64,000 bases of DNA, taken from assembly GCA_963746775.1 (NCBI GenBank), contig CAVVCK010000002.1, positions 367,592 through 431,591 on the forward strand. Direction: 5' to 3'. Below, piece by piece: positions 48,888-57,852 of this stretch. The DNA comes from an uncultured bacterium (GTDB lineage Bacteria; Patescibacteriota; JABMPQ01; CAVVCK01). The translations under genes and the position numbers were made by a program. Every line of letters starts with the position of its first letter. Position 1 is the stretch's first letter. The notes beneath the pieces are model-generated. The model did not search any database. It saw only the letters and a list, made by a program, of their open reading frames with translations, and was not told the DNA's origin.

Positions 48888-49475
48888 TTATTCTACTTTA
48901 CCATCGGTATTTTCAACAGCAGATGGCGTCTCTTCTTTTACTTCTTTTAAATCTTCTACCTTTACATTAATTTTATCAAATAAAAATTTGTCTGTTAAAA
49001 AAACATAATCTTGGTCTGTAATTTTAGTATAGATATTAGTTTCATCTATAGAATTATCTCCAAAATTTATCTCTTTCTCTGAATCATCATTAAATTGAAA
49101 TTTTACAATACCTTTTGGCTTATCAAGTCCAAATTCTTTTAAATCCGAGGCGTCTATTTTCTCTTCTTTACCTTCAATGACCTTATATTCATCTAAAATA
49201 GAATTTATTTTATCTAAATCTGCATTTGCTTCTTTTGGTTTAGTAATTTTCCAGGTATTATCTTCTTGTTTATTTATTTCTATCTCTACCTCATCATGTT
49301 TAATGTTAATTAACTTCACATCATCACTATTTACATCTAAAACATTAAATGTTTTTGCTGCTAGAGTATCATCTGTTTCACTTTTATCTTCTTTCTTGAC
49401 TTCATAAAGATAAAAAAACGCTAACAAACCAACAAATAAACCTACTAAAATTATAGTTGTAGTATATTTTTTCAT
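48888..49475 (-). CDS. Hypothetical membrane-anchored acidic protein
   Basis: 195 aa; N-terminal TM, D/E/K-rich. Confidence 0.3.
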   Translation of the reverse strand: MKKYTTTIILVGLFVGLLAFFYLYEVKKEDKSETDDTLAAKTFNVLDVNSDDVKLINIKHDEVEIEINKQEDNTWKITKPKEANADLDKINSILDEYKVIEGKEEKIDASDLKEFGLDKPKGIVKFQFNDDSEKEINFGDNSIDETNIYTKITDQDYVFLTDKFLFDKINVKVEDLKEVKEETPSAVENTDGKVE

Positions 49476-49490
49476 TTTTATTTCAATAAA

Positions 49491-51005
49491 TTATTTTTTC
49501 TTTCTTCGTCTAATCCAAACTAATATACCAGCAATAATTACCACTACCGGCATACCAAATACTGTTCCATAAAATATTGCTTTTGATTGTCCGCCAGTTA
49601 GTGCCACTGTTCGCTCTTCTTCATCTTTGGGTCTGATTGAAATTAAATCTTCTTCAGAAGCAAGATAATCTACAGAATTTAGGAAGAAATCCTGATTACC
49701 TAGAGCATCAGCATAAGCATCAACAGCAAAATCTGAATCTCCAACCACGATTAACCTTGGATTTTTTTGGTTTGGCTCGGTATTGCCATCCTCTGAAGTA
49801 CTCGGAGCTTTTTCAGCAGCTACTGCTATTGATATTGGTCCTTGTTTATCTTTATCTTTGTCAAAGGCAACTTGTTGATTATCAACATCCATTTCTAACC
49901 AAGAATCTGCTGAAGTACTGGCTAGGCTTGTTATAGTATAATCAGCGGAAGCATCACTGGCTGCAGAAATTTCACCTACTCCAGGGAAAAAGGCAGCTGA
50001 TAATTTCTCTGTAATTTGATGAGATGCCCAATCATTAATAACAGGAGCAGAAGGATCAGTCCAAAAATACAATTTGGGATCAATTACAACATGATTATCA
50101 GAATTTATTCCCCATTTTGATACCAATGATGAGAACCCTGTATCAACTTTAACTTCACTTAGTGGATCAGTAAGTAAAAATAATTTACCACCATCATCAA
50201 CATATTTTTCTATAACTTCTTTTTCTTTATCTAATAATTTTTTTTGCGGACCAGCGATAACTAAAACTGCTAAATCTTGTGGAATTTCTGGCTTTGTCAA
50301 AAGCGATAATTTAGCTACTTCATATCCTTCTTTCTCTAAGGAAGCTTTCACAATACTGTAGCTAGATTGATCCATGCCTTCGATATCCTTCTCACCATGA
50401 CCATCTAAAAAATATATTTTTTTAACTTCATTGCGAGTTAATTTCAAAATACTAGAAGTAAAATCACTCTCTGAAGCTGTAGTTGTTTGCTCAGATTTAT
50501 CTCCCATTTTAAATATAATTGTACCATATCGATCTATACCGTATTGCCTAGCTGCTGCTGGATTTGTATCAGGATCTATAAATTCTGTTTGAATATGGCT
50601 GGATAATTCTTTATATTCTTTAAGTAAATTATCTGCATTTGTTTTCTCAGCATCACTTGCTTGATAAAACAAAGTAACTTTTATATCTTGATCTACATTT
50701 TCTAAAACTCTTTTTGTCTGATCTGATAAAGAATATTTTTTAGATTTTGTTAAATCCCATCTAATATTTTCTTTCTTAGCAATAAAATTAGCAATAACTA
50801 AAACACCTAATAGGGCTAGGATTGCTACCACCGTATTAGTTCCATATTTTGTCTGCCTCATACCAAAAACATGTTTGATACCCTCACCAATTTTTTTTAC
50901 AAAGTCATTTGTATTCTTGTCTGTATTTTCTTTTTTCTCAGTATTTTTAGTGGTTTCTTGTTTTTTATTATCTTGATTATCCATATTTTTATCTGAATTA
51001 TCCAT
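49491..51005 (-). CDS. GldG-like ABC transporter auxiliary protein
   Basis: 504 aa; N-terminal TM, large extracytoplasmic domain, C-terminal TM; follows the ABC-2 permease and ATPase genes. Confidence 0.55.
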   Translation of the reverse strand: MDNSDKNMDNQDNKKQETTKNTEKKENTDKNTNDFVKKIGEGIKHVFGMRQTKYGTNTVVAILALLGVLVIANFIAKKENIRWDLTKSKKYSLSDQTKRVLENVDQDIKVTLFYQASDAEKTNADNLLKEYKELSSHIQTEFIDPDTNPAAARQYGIDRYGTIIFKMGDKSEQTTTASESDFTSSILKLTRNEVKKIYFLDGHGEKDIEGMDQSSYSIVKASLEKEGYEVAKLSLLTKPEIPQDLAVLVIAGPQKKLLDKEKEVIEKYVDDGGKLFLLTDPLSEVKVDTGFSSLVSKWGINSDNHVVIDPKLYFWTDPSAPVINDWASHQITEKLSAAFFPGVGEISAASDASADYTITSLASTSADSWLEMDVDNQQVAFDKDKDKQGPISIAVAAEKAPSTSEDGNTEPNQKNPRLIVVGDSDFAVDAYADALGNQDFFLNSVDYLASEEDLISIRPKDEEERTVALTGGQSKAIFYGTVFGMPVVVIIAGILVWIRRRKKK

Positions 51006-51078
51006 TTTAAATTAATTAATTTTATTTTAAATTATCTTAAATTCTTGATTCTTTATTCATAATTCATAATTCTGAATT

Positions 51079-51795
51079 CTATCTCCACTTTCTAACTCCA
51101 ATAGATTTAGTAGTTACAAATAGCCAAAAACCAATAAAACTTAAATAAAATACTATATTTTTAATATCTATAATTCCTTTTACAAAGTCATCAAAATGAC
51201 CCGCTAGAGATAAATAATTAAGAAGTTCATTTAATTTATCACTTAATTCTAAATTTCCAGATATCCAATTTATTATCCATAATAAAAGCATTAGAGCAAA
51301 GCTTAAAACTGCCGCTATAATTTGATTTTCACTCAGAGTAGAAGCAAAAATACCAATAGAAGCAAAACAAGCTCCAAGTAATATTAAACCTAAATAGCCA
51401 GATAAAATTGGACCCATATCAGGATTACCATATTTAAATAAAATCAAAACATAAACCAGCGTAGAAGAAAACATAATAACTAAAAATGTAAGAGAACCAA
51501 TAAATTTTCCCAAGACAACTTCAAAATCTCGAACTGGTTTAGTCATTAAAATTTCCAAGGTACCCAATTTTCTTTCTTCCGCAAATAATTTCATCGTAAT
51601 TAAGGGTATTAAAAACAATAAAGTAATAGTCGTGTTATATAGAGCTCCTTCTAATGAAGCTTGCTTAGACACTAACAAGATTACTGAGAAAAAATAACCA
51701 GATAAAATTAAAAACATAGCAAAAACTACATAAGCTACAGCTGAAGCAAAATATGATTTTAGTTCTTTTTTGGCGATAATGAAGATGTTGTACAT
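51079..51795 (-). CDS. ABC-2 type transporter permease (GldF-like)
   Basis: 238 aa; 6 TM. Confidence 0.6.
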   Translation of the reverse strand: MYNIFIIAKKELKSYFASAVAYVVFAMFLILSGYFFSVILLVSKQASLEGALYNTTITLLFLIPLITMKLFAEERKLGTLEILMTKPVRDFEVVLGKFIGSLTFLVIMFSSTLVYVLILFKYGNPDMGPILSGYLGLILLGACFASIGIFASTLSENQIIAAVLSFALMLLLWIINWISGNLELSDKLNELLNYLSLAGHFDDFVKGIIDIKNIVFYLSFIGFWLFVTTKSIGVRKWR

Positions 51796-51854
51796 AACTT
51801 CGTATAAAAATTATTAAGTTTAAAAAATTTATTCTTTTATTTTAAGACATCATA

Positions 51855-51977
51855 ATTCCCAATATCTAATATCTAATTTCCAGTAAAATTTATAATGCCT
51901 AATAATAAATTATTTTTAAATTTAGTATTTGACATTTAGATTTTTATTAGAAATTGAAAATTGGTAATTAGAAATTT
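51855..51977. repeat. Palindromic intergenic element, family B (ccaatatctaat... / ttattagaaattg...ggtaattagaaattt)
   Basis: Related copies at 30520..30613 and 27815..27966. Shares the ttattagaaatt and ggtaattag(g)aa submotifs. Confidence 0.5.
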
Positions 51978-51983
51978 ATATAA

Positions 51984-52913
51984 TTACTTCGTCAATTTCA
52001 AGAAAACATCTTCAAGCTCCATCGCTTCTTTCTTTAGCTCTAATAAATCCCATCCTTTTCCAATAACTTCACGAGCTATAATTTTATTTAAATCTGTACC
52101 TTTATCAGATTCTATTGTATAAGTTGCTATATCATCTTCTAATCTATCTTTTTCTGAGGCTTTATTGACATCATTGATACTCTGTAAATGAGATAAAACT
52201 TCCCCTACTGGTCCTTTTATCTTCACAATCACTTTCTCGATACTACCAGTACCTGAAGTTAAATTCTCTGGAGTATCTGAGGCTACTATTTTACCCTTTG
52301 AAATTATTATTACTCGATCACAAATAGCCGAAACTTCTGATAATATATGAGTTGATAATATTATAGTTCGGCTTTTTCCTAATTCTTTAATTAATTTTCT
52401 TATTTCTGTTACTTGTTTAGGATCTAGGGTAATGGTTGGCTCGTCTAATATTAAAAATTCAGGATCCCCTACTAGAGCCTGAGCTAACGATACTCTTTGT
52501 CTAAATCCTTTAGATAAAGTTTTTATAATTCTATTTTTAACTTCTTGCAACCCTGTTTCATTAACAATTCTCTCAATCTGTTTAATTCTTTCTTCTTTTT
52601 TTATCCCTTTAAGCTCAGAACAATATTTAAGTAAATCAGTTACGGTCATATCTAAATACAAAGGTGCATTTTCTGGTAAATAACCAATCATTTTACGCGC
52701 TTCAATTGAATCTTCTAAAACATCATGACCAAAAATTTCTACTTTTCCCTCACTAGGAGGTAGGAATCCAGTTAAAATTCTCATAGTAGTTGATTTGCCT
52801 GCTCCATTGGGACCAAGAAAACCAACAATCTCGCCTTTTTCTATTTCAAAATTAAGATTTGAAATAGCCTCTACCTTACCATAACGTTTGGTTAAATTTT
52901 CTACTTTAATCAT
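51984..52913 (-). CDS. ABC transporter ATP-binding protein (GldA-like)
   Basis: 309 aa; Walker A GPNGAGKST, signature LSKGFRQR, Walker B ILDEPT. Confidence 0.85.
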   Translation of the reverse strand: MIKVENLTKRYGKVEAISNLNFEIEKGEIVGFLGPNGAGKSTTMRILTGFLPPSEGKVEIFGHDVLEDSIEARKMIGYLPENAPLYLDMTVTDLLKYCSELKGIKKEERIKQIERIVNETGLQEVKNRIIKTLSKGFRQRVSLAQALVGDPEFLILDEPTITLDPKQVTEIRKLIKELGKSRTIILSTHILSEVSAICDRVIIISKGKIVASDTPENLTSGTGSIEKVIVKIKGPVGEVLSHLQSINDVNKASEKDRLEDDIATYTIESDKGTDLNKIIAREVIGKGWDLLELKKEAMELEDVFLKLTK

Positions 52914-53097
52914 TTTATTAATAACTTTTTAATTTGTTTTATATATATACGCGGAAGTTTTTATATTTTATTCAATTTTTAAAATATAAAACACCTATTG
53001 AATTGAGTTTCATTATCTTTAAAGATAGTTCATATAAATATTGGTGTCAATATTGACAATATTAAAATATATTTTATAAATACATTTCAAATATTTT

Positions 53098-53956
53098 TTA
53101 TTTTATAAACATAGACAATAAATATCCTAAAATACACCCAAAAGCAATTGGCGGCAGAGCAGCCACTGGTTTCCTTGTCTTAGTTATGTAGAAATAAAGA
53201 TAAATTAAGTTAACTCCTAAAAAAGCTCCAAATATTACAAAGAATGAAGAGACTACATTATCTTTTATTAATGAAACAGAAAAAATAAGTGGAAAAGCTA
53301 GGTCTCCTGTTCCTAAATAAAAATTATTACCTTTAGTATCAATACTTTGATCTTTTATTTTAGCACTTAAATTTTTAAAACTTGAAGGAATAATTAGAGA
53401 AAATATAGCCCCACCGCGAGCCATATTTTTAAACATAGAAACCATATGACCACTAAAATGCACCGCAATCACATCATAAATTGACAATATTATTAATAAT
53501 ATTAAAACTTGTGTACTGGATAATCCTAAACCTAAATAAACACTAGCCCCAATAATAGAAATTATAATAGCTAAATTTTGAGTTAAAATATTTGGGTAAA
53601 AATATCTTAATAGTGGCAGAGTAATAGATAAAATAAGCGTTAAATAAATAGGCAAAAAAGTATCAAAAAAAACTAAACTACCGAAGAATATCATAATATA
53701 AAAAAACACTCCGAAGATGCCTTTTCTTTTTTATAATTTTAGTTAAAATAAACAAAACAGCCGTACCAATAAAAAAGGCTACTAAAAAATTTACCAGCGA
53801 TATATCCTGCTCTACTATCGTTTCTTTCATTTCAGGAATACTATATAAAACCCAAGCAGTATATAGTCCTAAAAATTGAGTTGTTAAAAATATAATTGAT
53901 TCAATGATAAAAAAAGATGATGATAGGTTTGATTTTTTTGTGTTTTTATTTTTCAT
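53098..53956 (-). pseudogene. Presenilin/signal-peptide-peptidase-like intramembrane aspartyl protease (A22/DUF1119-like), split by a frameshift in a T7 homopolymer near 53695-53706
   Basis: ORFs 53678..53956 (2 TM) and 53098..53709 (7 TM) overlap in different frames. The downstream part carries SIYDVIAV (YD), YLGTGDLAFP (GxGD) and AALPPIAFG (PAL-like). A single base change within gttttttta merges them into a ~295-aa, 9-TM protein. Confidence 0.45.
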
Positions 53957-53968
53957 AAAAATTTGTAT

Positions 53969-54457
53969 CTACTCCCCCGTCCTAAACCTAAATACATATC
54001 TAATCTCATCACTCTCGCCCTTCTTTTCAGAATGCGCTAATTCTTTCCCTTCTTTAGTCTTTATATTTGAACTTAATTTAACTTCAATAAGCTGGTTGGG
54101 TAGAAGTTCTGAAGCTGGCTTAATAGTTAGAGTTTTATTTTCATATTTGTATTCACTGCCTAAAAATGGATTCACGTTAAATTTCAAATCAGTATTCAAA
54201 TAATCAATTGTTATATTCTTGCTATTGAGCGAACTTTCATCAACTTCTTTATTAAAAGTAATTTTTATGGCTGAATTTAGAGCAACATTTTCTAGATTAT
54301 CTTTTGGTTCTGTCTTGGTAACCCTAGGATTGCCAATAATAAAATCAATAGATTGCTCTGCTTGATTAGTAGGCATACATCCAGAAAAAATAGTGGTTGT
54401 TATAATTGCTAATAAAAAAATAATTGTTTTTCTCATACGAGACTTGTAAAGTTTCAT
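53969..54457 (-). CDS. Hypothetical lipoprotein
   Basis: 162 aa; lipobox IFSGC; beta-rich. Confidence 0.35.
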   Translation of the reverse strand: MKLYKSRMRKTIIFLLAIITTTIFSGCMPTNQAEQSIDFIIGNPRVTKTEPKDNLENVALNSAIKITFNKEVDESSLNSKNITIDYLNTDLKFNVNPFLGSEYKYENKTLTIKPASELLPNQLIEVKLSSNIKTKEGKELAHSEKKGESDEIRYVFRFRTGE

Positions 54458-54505
54458 TTTACTTTTAATTTATATATTTTTATTATAATACATTGCCAAC
54501 TTAAA

Positions 54506-54916
54506 TCAAAACACGTCTTCACTAATTTTCCGTTTCTCTTTTTTTATTGACCTTTCTTTTTTTTCTTTCAACCTTCTCTTAACTGATCCTCTAGTCGGTT
54601 TTGTCGGCACTCTTTTCTTTACAGATTTAATTGCCATATTAATCAAACTATTAAATTTATCAATTACCTCTACCCTATTTTGCCATTGCTGCCTCTCACT
54701 CTGAGAATAAAGAATTAAATTTCCCTGCTTATCAATTTTATTTTTCAAATTTATAAATACTCTTCTCTTCTGTTCTTCGTTTAAAAAAGTGGAATTAATA
54801 ATATTCCACTTCAGAGTTACTTTTGTTGAAACCTTATTAACATTCTGCCCACCTTTGCTAGAAGATCTGGAAAAAGTTAATGCATATTCATTTTCTGGAA
54901 TAGTAATTTTATTCAT
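54506..54916 (-). CDS. arfB: Peptidyl-tRNA hydrolase ArfB (alternative ribosome-rescue factor B, GGQ domain)
   Basis: SRSSSKGGQNVNKVSTKV GGQ motif plus a basic C-terminal tail. Likely start MNKITIPE (54916); the track ORF extends to 54982 through a repeat element. Confidence 0.7.
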   Translation of the reverse strand: MNKITIPENEYALTFSRSSSKGGQNVNKVSTKVTLKWNIINSTFLNEEQKRRVFINLKNKIDKQGNLILYSQSERQQWQNRVEVIDKFNSLINMAIKSVKKRVPTKPTRGSVKRRLKEKKERSIKKEKRKISEDVF

Positions 54917-54956
54917 ATTAGTATAATTCGTATGTATTAGTATATTAGCATCGCAT

Positions 54957-56039
54957 CTAGTATCGAAGTAATGCTCCAACATTGCCTAATTTTTCTAACT
55001 CTTCACTCTCTTGTACAAACTCCACTTTCCCACCCTGCGCTATTACTTGCTGCACTAATTCATCAATTACATCCTCCACTTCTTCTTTATTATTCTCACA
55101 TTGCTTACAATCATCTTTTTTATAAATCAACTTATCACAATTTGTACAAATATAGCCCGGTTTCTGCAAGCCTTCTTTTACAATTAATTTCATAATTTTC
55201 TTCTCAAAAGAAACTTGCAGCACTTCGTCTAAACCCGAGACTGCCTTATTCCCATCACCTAAATTTTCTTTTAATAATTGGACTTGTTCTTTTTCTTTTT
55301 CTCTTTCAACTTTTTCTTCAATTTTCAATGATTGTTCTAAAAAATGTTGATCATTTTCAAACATTTCTGTGTAGAAATCACCAACTAATTTATCTTTTAA
55401 ATCATTGTGTAATAATTTTTCAAATTCTACCATTGCTTCTTTTGTCCCTCCAATAATTAATCGATCAAAATCTTTTTCTCTAAAATAGTTATAAGCTCTA
55501 TCAGCTACTTCTTTTAAATTTTTATGTTCGATAGCATTAATGTGCCCCTGAAATCTTTTTTGAGATGATCCGCCTTTTTTATGCTTACCTGGAAATTCAT
55601 TAAAAACATTAGTTATATCTTCAATCTCACCCAAATAAACTGAAAATATTTTTGCTTTTTCTTTATCTACCACAATTGTGCAATATCTTTCGTATTCATC
55701 AAACATAGCAAATAATGGTTTTAAGTGTAGGTTATTTTCTATATGAATTTGATTAGAAAATGGCTTATTCAGCTTATAACTATAAGCAATATCTTCTCTG
55801 GGATTTAGGAAAAATACTACCCCTTTGGATTTTTTGTCGGGAACTAATCTAGCTTGATCTAAGACTAATTTATAATTTTCTTCTCCAATTATTTCTTTGG
55901 ATTTTTTAAGTAAATTTTTTAAATTTATTAAAATTTTCTCCGGAGTATTATATTTTTGATCGGCATTTAAATAAAGACTGATAGTCGGGGTATTTGTTTT
56001 AATTTTATTAAGTTCTTTTAGTTCTTCTTGGGTAATCAT
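54957..56039 (-). CDS. eRF1/Pelota(Dom34)-like three-domain protein (bacterial eRF1-like, baeRF1) with inserted C4 zinc ribbon
   Basis: 360 aa; central-domain loop FPGKHKKGGSSQKRFQ aligns with eRF1 KHGRGGQSALRF but has S in place of the catalytic Q; C-terminus GNVGALLRY matches the eRF1/Pelota end motif; CTNCDKLIYKKDDCKQC zinc ribbon. Confidence 0.55.
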   Translation of the reverse strand: MITQEELKELNKIKTNTPTISLYLNADQKYNTPEKILINLKNLLKKSKEIIGEENYKLVLDQARLVPDKKSKGVVFFLNPREDIAYSYKLNKPFSNQIHIENNLHLKPLFAMFDEYERYCTIVVDKEKAKIFSVYLGEIEDITNVFNEFPGKHKKGGSSQKRFQGHINAIEHKNLKEVADRAYNYFREKDFDRLIIGGTKEAMVEFEKLLHNDLKDKLVGDFYTEMFENDQHFLEQSLKIEEKVEREKEKEQVQLLKENLGDGNKAVSGLDEVLQVSFEKKIMKLIVKEGLQKPGYICTNCDKLIYKKDDCKQCENNKEEVEDVIDELVQQVIAQGGKVEFVQESEELEKLGNVGALLRY

Positions 56040-56143
56040 TTAGAGTTAATTTATTTAATAATATATACATCTTACCATATTTTAAGGTTTTTTTCAATCG
56101 CATCTTTACACTTTTATTTTTAAACTTTAAACTTATATAATAA

Positions 56144-56214
56144 GCGGGATTGGTATAGTGGCAGAATGCAACCTTCCCAAGGTTGAGACACGAGTTCGAT
56201 TCTCGTATCCCGCT
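56144..56214 (+). tRNA. tRNA-Gly (anticodon CCC)
   Basis: Acceptor stem GCGGGAT/ATCCCGC, T-arm GTTCGATTC, anticodon stem CAACC/GGTTG with loop TTCCCAA. Confidence 0.8.
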
Positions 56215-56333
56215 TATTATAAAAAATAAATGAGTTCGCCAGGTTATTCAACCTGGCGCCAGGTCGGATGACCAGGCGATTCTCGTATCCCGCTTTTATT
56301 TTAATTATTTATTTTTTTATATTTTTAATCATT

Positions 56334-56406
56334 GCCACCTTAGCTCATCTGGTAGAGCGATGGTATCGTAAACCATAGGTAGCCAGTTCGACTCTGGCAG
56401 GTGGCT
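56334..56406 (+). tRNA. tRNA-Thr (anticodon CGT)
   Basis: Acceptor stem GCCACCT/AGGTGGC, D-loop AGCTCATCTGGTAGAGC, anticodon loop ATCGTAA, T-arm GTTCGACTC. Confidence 0.8.
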
Positions 56407-56413
56407 ATTGAAA

Positions 56414-56440
56414 AAACCGTCTTAAACGGTTTTTGATTTT
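56414..56440 (+). terminator. Rho-independent terminator after the tRNA pair (aaaccgt-ctta-aacggttttt)
   Basis: 7-bp stem followed by a T-run. Confidence 0.6.
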
Positions 56441-56539
56441 GAAAATAAATTATAGAACAGCTAATTAGCCAATATCCGCCTTATCTCGCCTCTGTCGGCG
56501 AGTTACCGTAAGAGACAACCGCTCAATCCGCAACATCCG

Positions 56540-56959
56540 CTATTTAAGAGCGAAAAAATAATTCCACCACCTTTTACCATTAGATATTTCTTGAGCATTT
56601 TCATCCGATTTAAAAGTTGAACCCTGATCTTCATCATCCGCAGCTAATCCTGGCTCAACTGCTACTGCTACCTCTCCATCTTTCTGTAAACCTAAATTCT
56701 GTCTGGCTTGAATCTCTTTAAATGAATCTGTGTTTAAATAATCAACCAGAGCTTGCATTTCATGGTTTTTCCTCTCTAGTTCTTCAATTTGTTGCTTAAC
56801 CGTATCTATTTCTTGATTTATTTGATATCTTCTATAAATTTCCTTGCCCAAAGCAATAGATACAAATATTAAAACTACCATTCCCACTAATGTTATAAGT
56901 TTATACAATGTCCTTCTTCTTTGTGTTTTAATTTTTCGAGCTAATGGTCTTTCACTCAT
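56540..56959 (-). CDS. FtsB/DivIC-like septum formation initiator
   Basis: 139 aa; single TM followed by a coiled coil (QINQEIDTVKQQIEELERKNHEMQALVDYLNT). Confidence 0.5.
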   Translation of the reverse strand: MSERPLARKIKTQRRRTLYKLITLVGMVVLIFVSIALGKEIYRRYQINQEIDTVKQQIEELERKNHEMQALVDYLNTDSFKEIQARQNLGLQKDGEVAVAVEPGLAADDEDQGSTFKSDENAQEISNGKRWWNYFFALK

Positions 56960-57575
56960 CTGATTTTATTTCTTTTATGTTAAAATCGTTTTTTATTTCT
57001 TCTTTATTTTCCTCTAATTTATTCTTAATAATTTCATCTTTATTTTGCTCTAAAAAGTCAATTAACTCCTGAGCTGATATATCTTTTTTAGTTTTACTAT
57101 GTAAATCCATAATTATTTCTTGCACTTCTTTCGGCTTTTCAATAGCAGCCATTTCCAACAAATTATTATTAGAGGCAGTCATTACTTTTACTGTACCATA
57201 ATTAAATAAAGATGCCAGTAACCCATTAATCTCATAAGTAACATCTTGGATGCTAGAAATACCGCTCTCTGATACTGTTCTGGCAAATAATGTTTTTTGG
57301 TCTATATTAACAATACGTAAATTGGTAATAATAAAATGATCAAAATACCAACATACCCATTGGTATAGACCATAGCCAAGCCCAATAGATACCCAAACAA
57401 AAAAAATAATTATTCCTATATAATTTGCAAATAGAAAAGCACTTAATAAGAATGGAAATAAAAGTATTAAAAATGTTTTGCATAATGGCCAAACAAAACT
57501 CGCCCAATGCTTTCTGACAACTCTTATTACTTCTTCCCCTTCTTTTAAATCTTGTGAAAAATAATCTTTAAACAT
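56952..57575 (-). CDS. Membrane protein with bacterial PH (YdbS/YdbT-like) domain
   Basis: 207 aa; two TM helices then a bPH-like domain. Confidence 0.45.
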   Translation of the reverse strand: MFKDYFSQDLKEGEEVIRVVRKHWASFVWPLCKTFLILLFPFLLSAFLFANYIGIIIFFVWVSIGLGYGLYQWVCWYFDHFIITNLRIVNIDQKTLFARTVSESGISSIQDVTYEINGLLASLFNYGTVKVMTASNNNLLEMAAIEKPKEVQEIIMDLHSKTKKDISAQELIDFLEQNKDEIIKNKLEENKEEIKNDFNIKEIKSDE

Positions 57576-57852
57576 ATAATATTAATAAGTCGATATCAAT
57601 ATACGAATTGATACTAATAATACTAATAAAATATATTCGTATAATTCGTATATATTAATATATTAGCATCAAAACAATGAAACAAAAAACTGTTAAAAAA
57701 ATTACAACAATCGGTTTGGTAATAATTACCTGTCTTTGTATGATTATTTGGTTAATCTTTCCTTTATTCAAATAAATTGATACCAATATGCTAATTAATA
57801 CAAATGAATCATTCGTATAATTCGTATGCATTAGTATATTAGCATTGCACAG

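Noticed and set aside
49637-49936. Plus-strand 99-aa ORF
   Set aside because: Antisense to the GldG-like gene.
53904-54203. Plus-strand 99-aa ORF
   Set aside because: Antisense to the presenilin-like N-terminal part and the lipoprotein gene.
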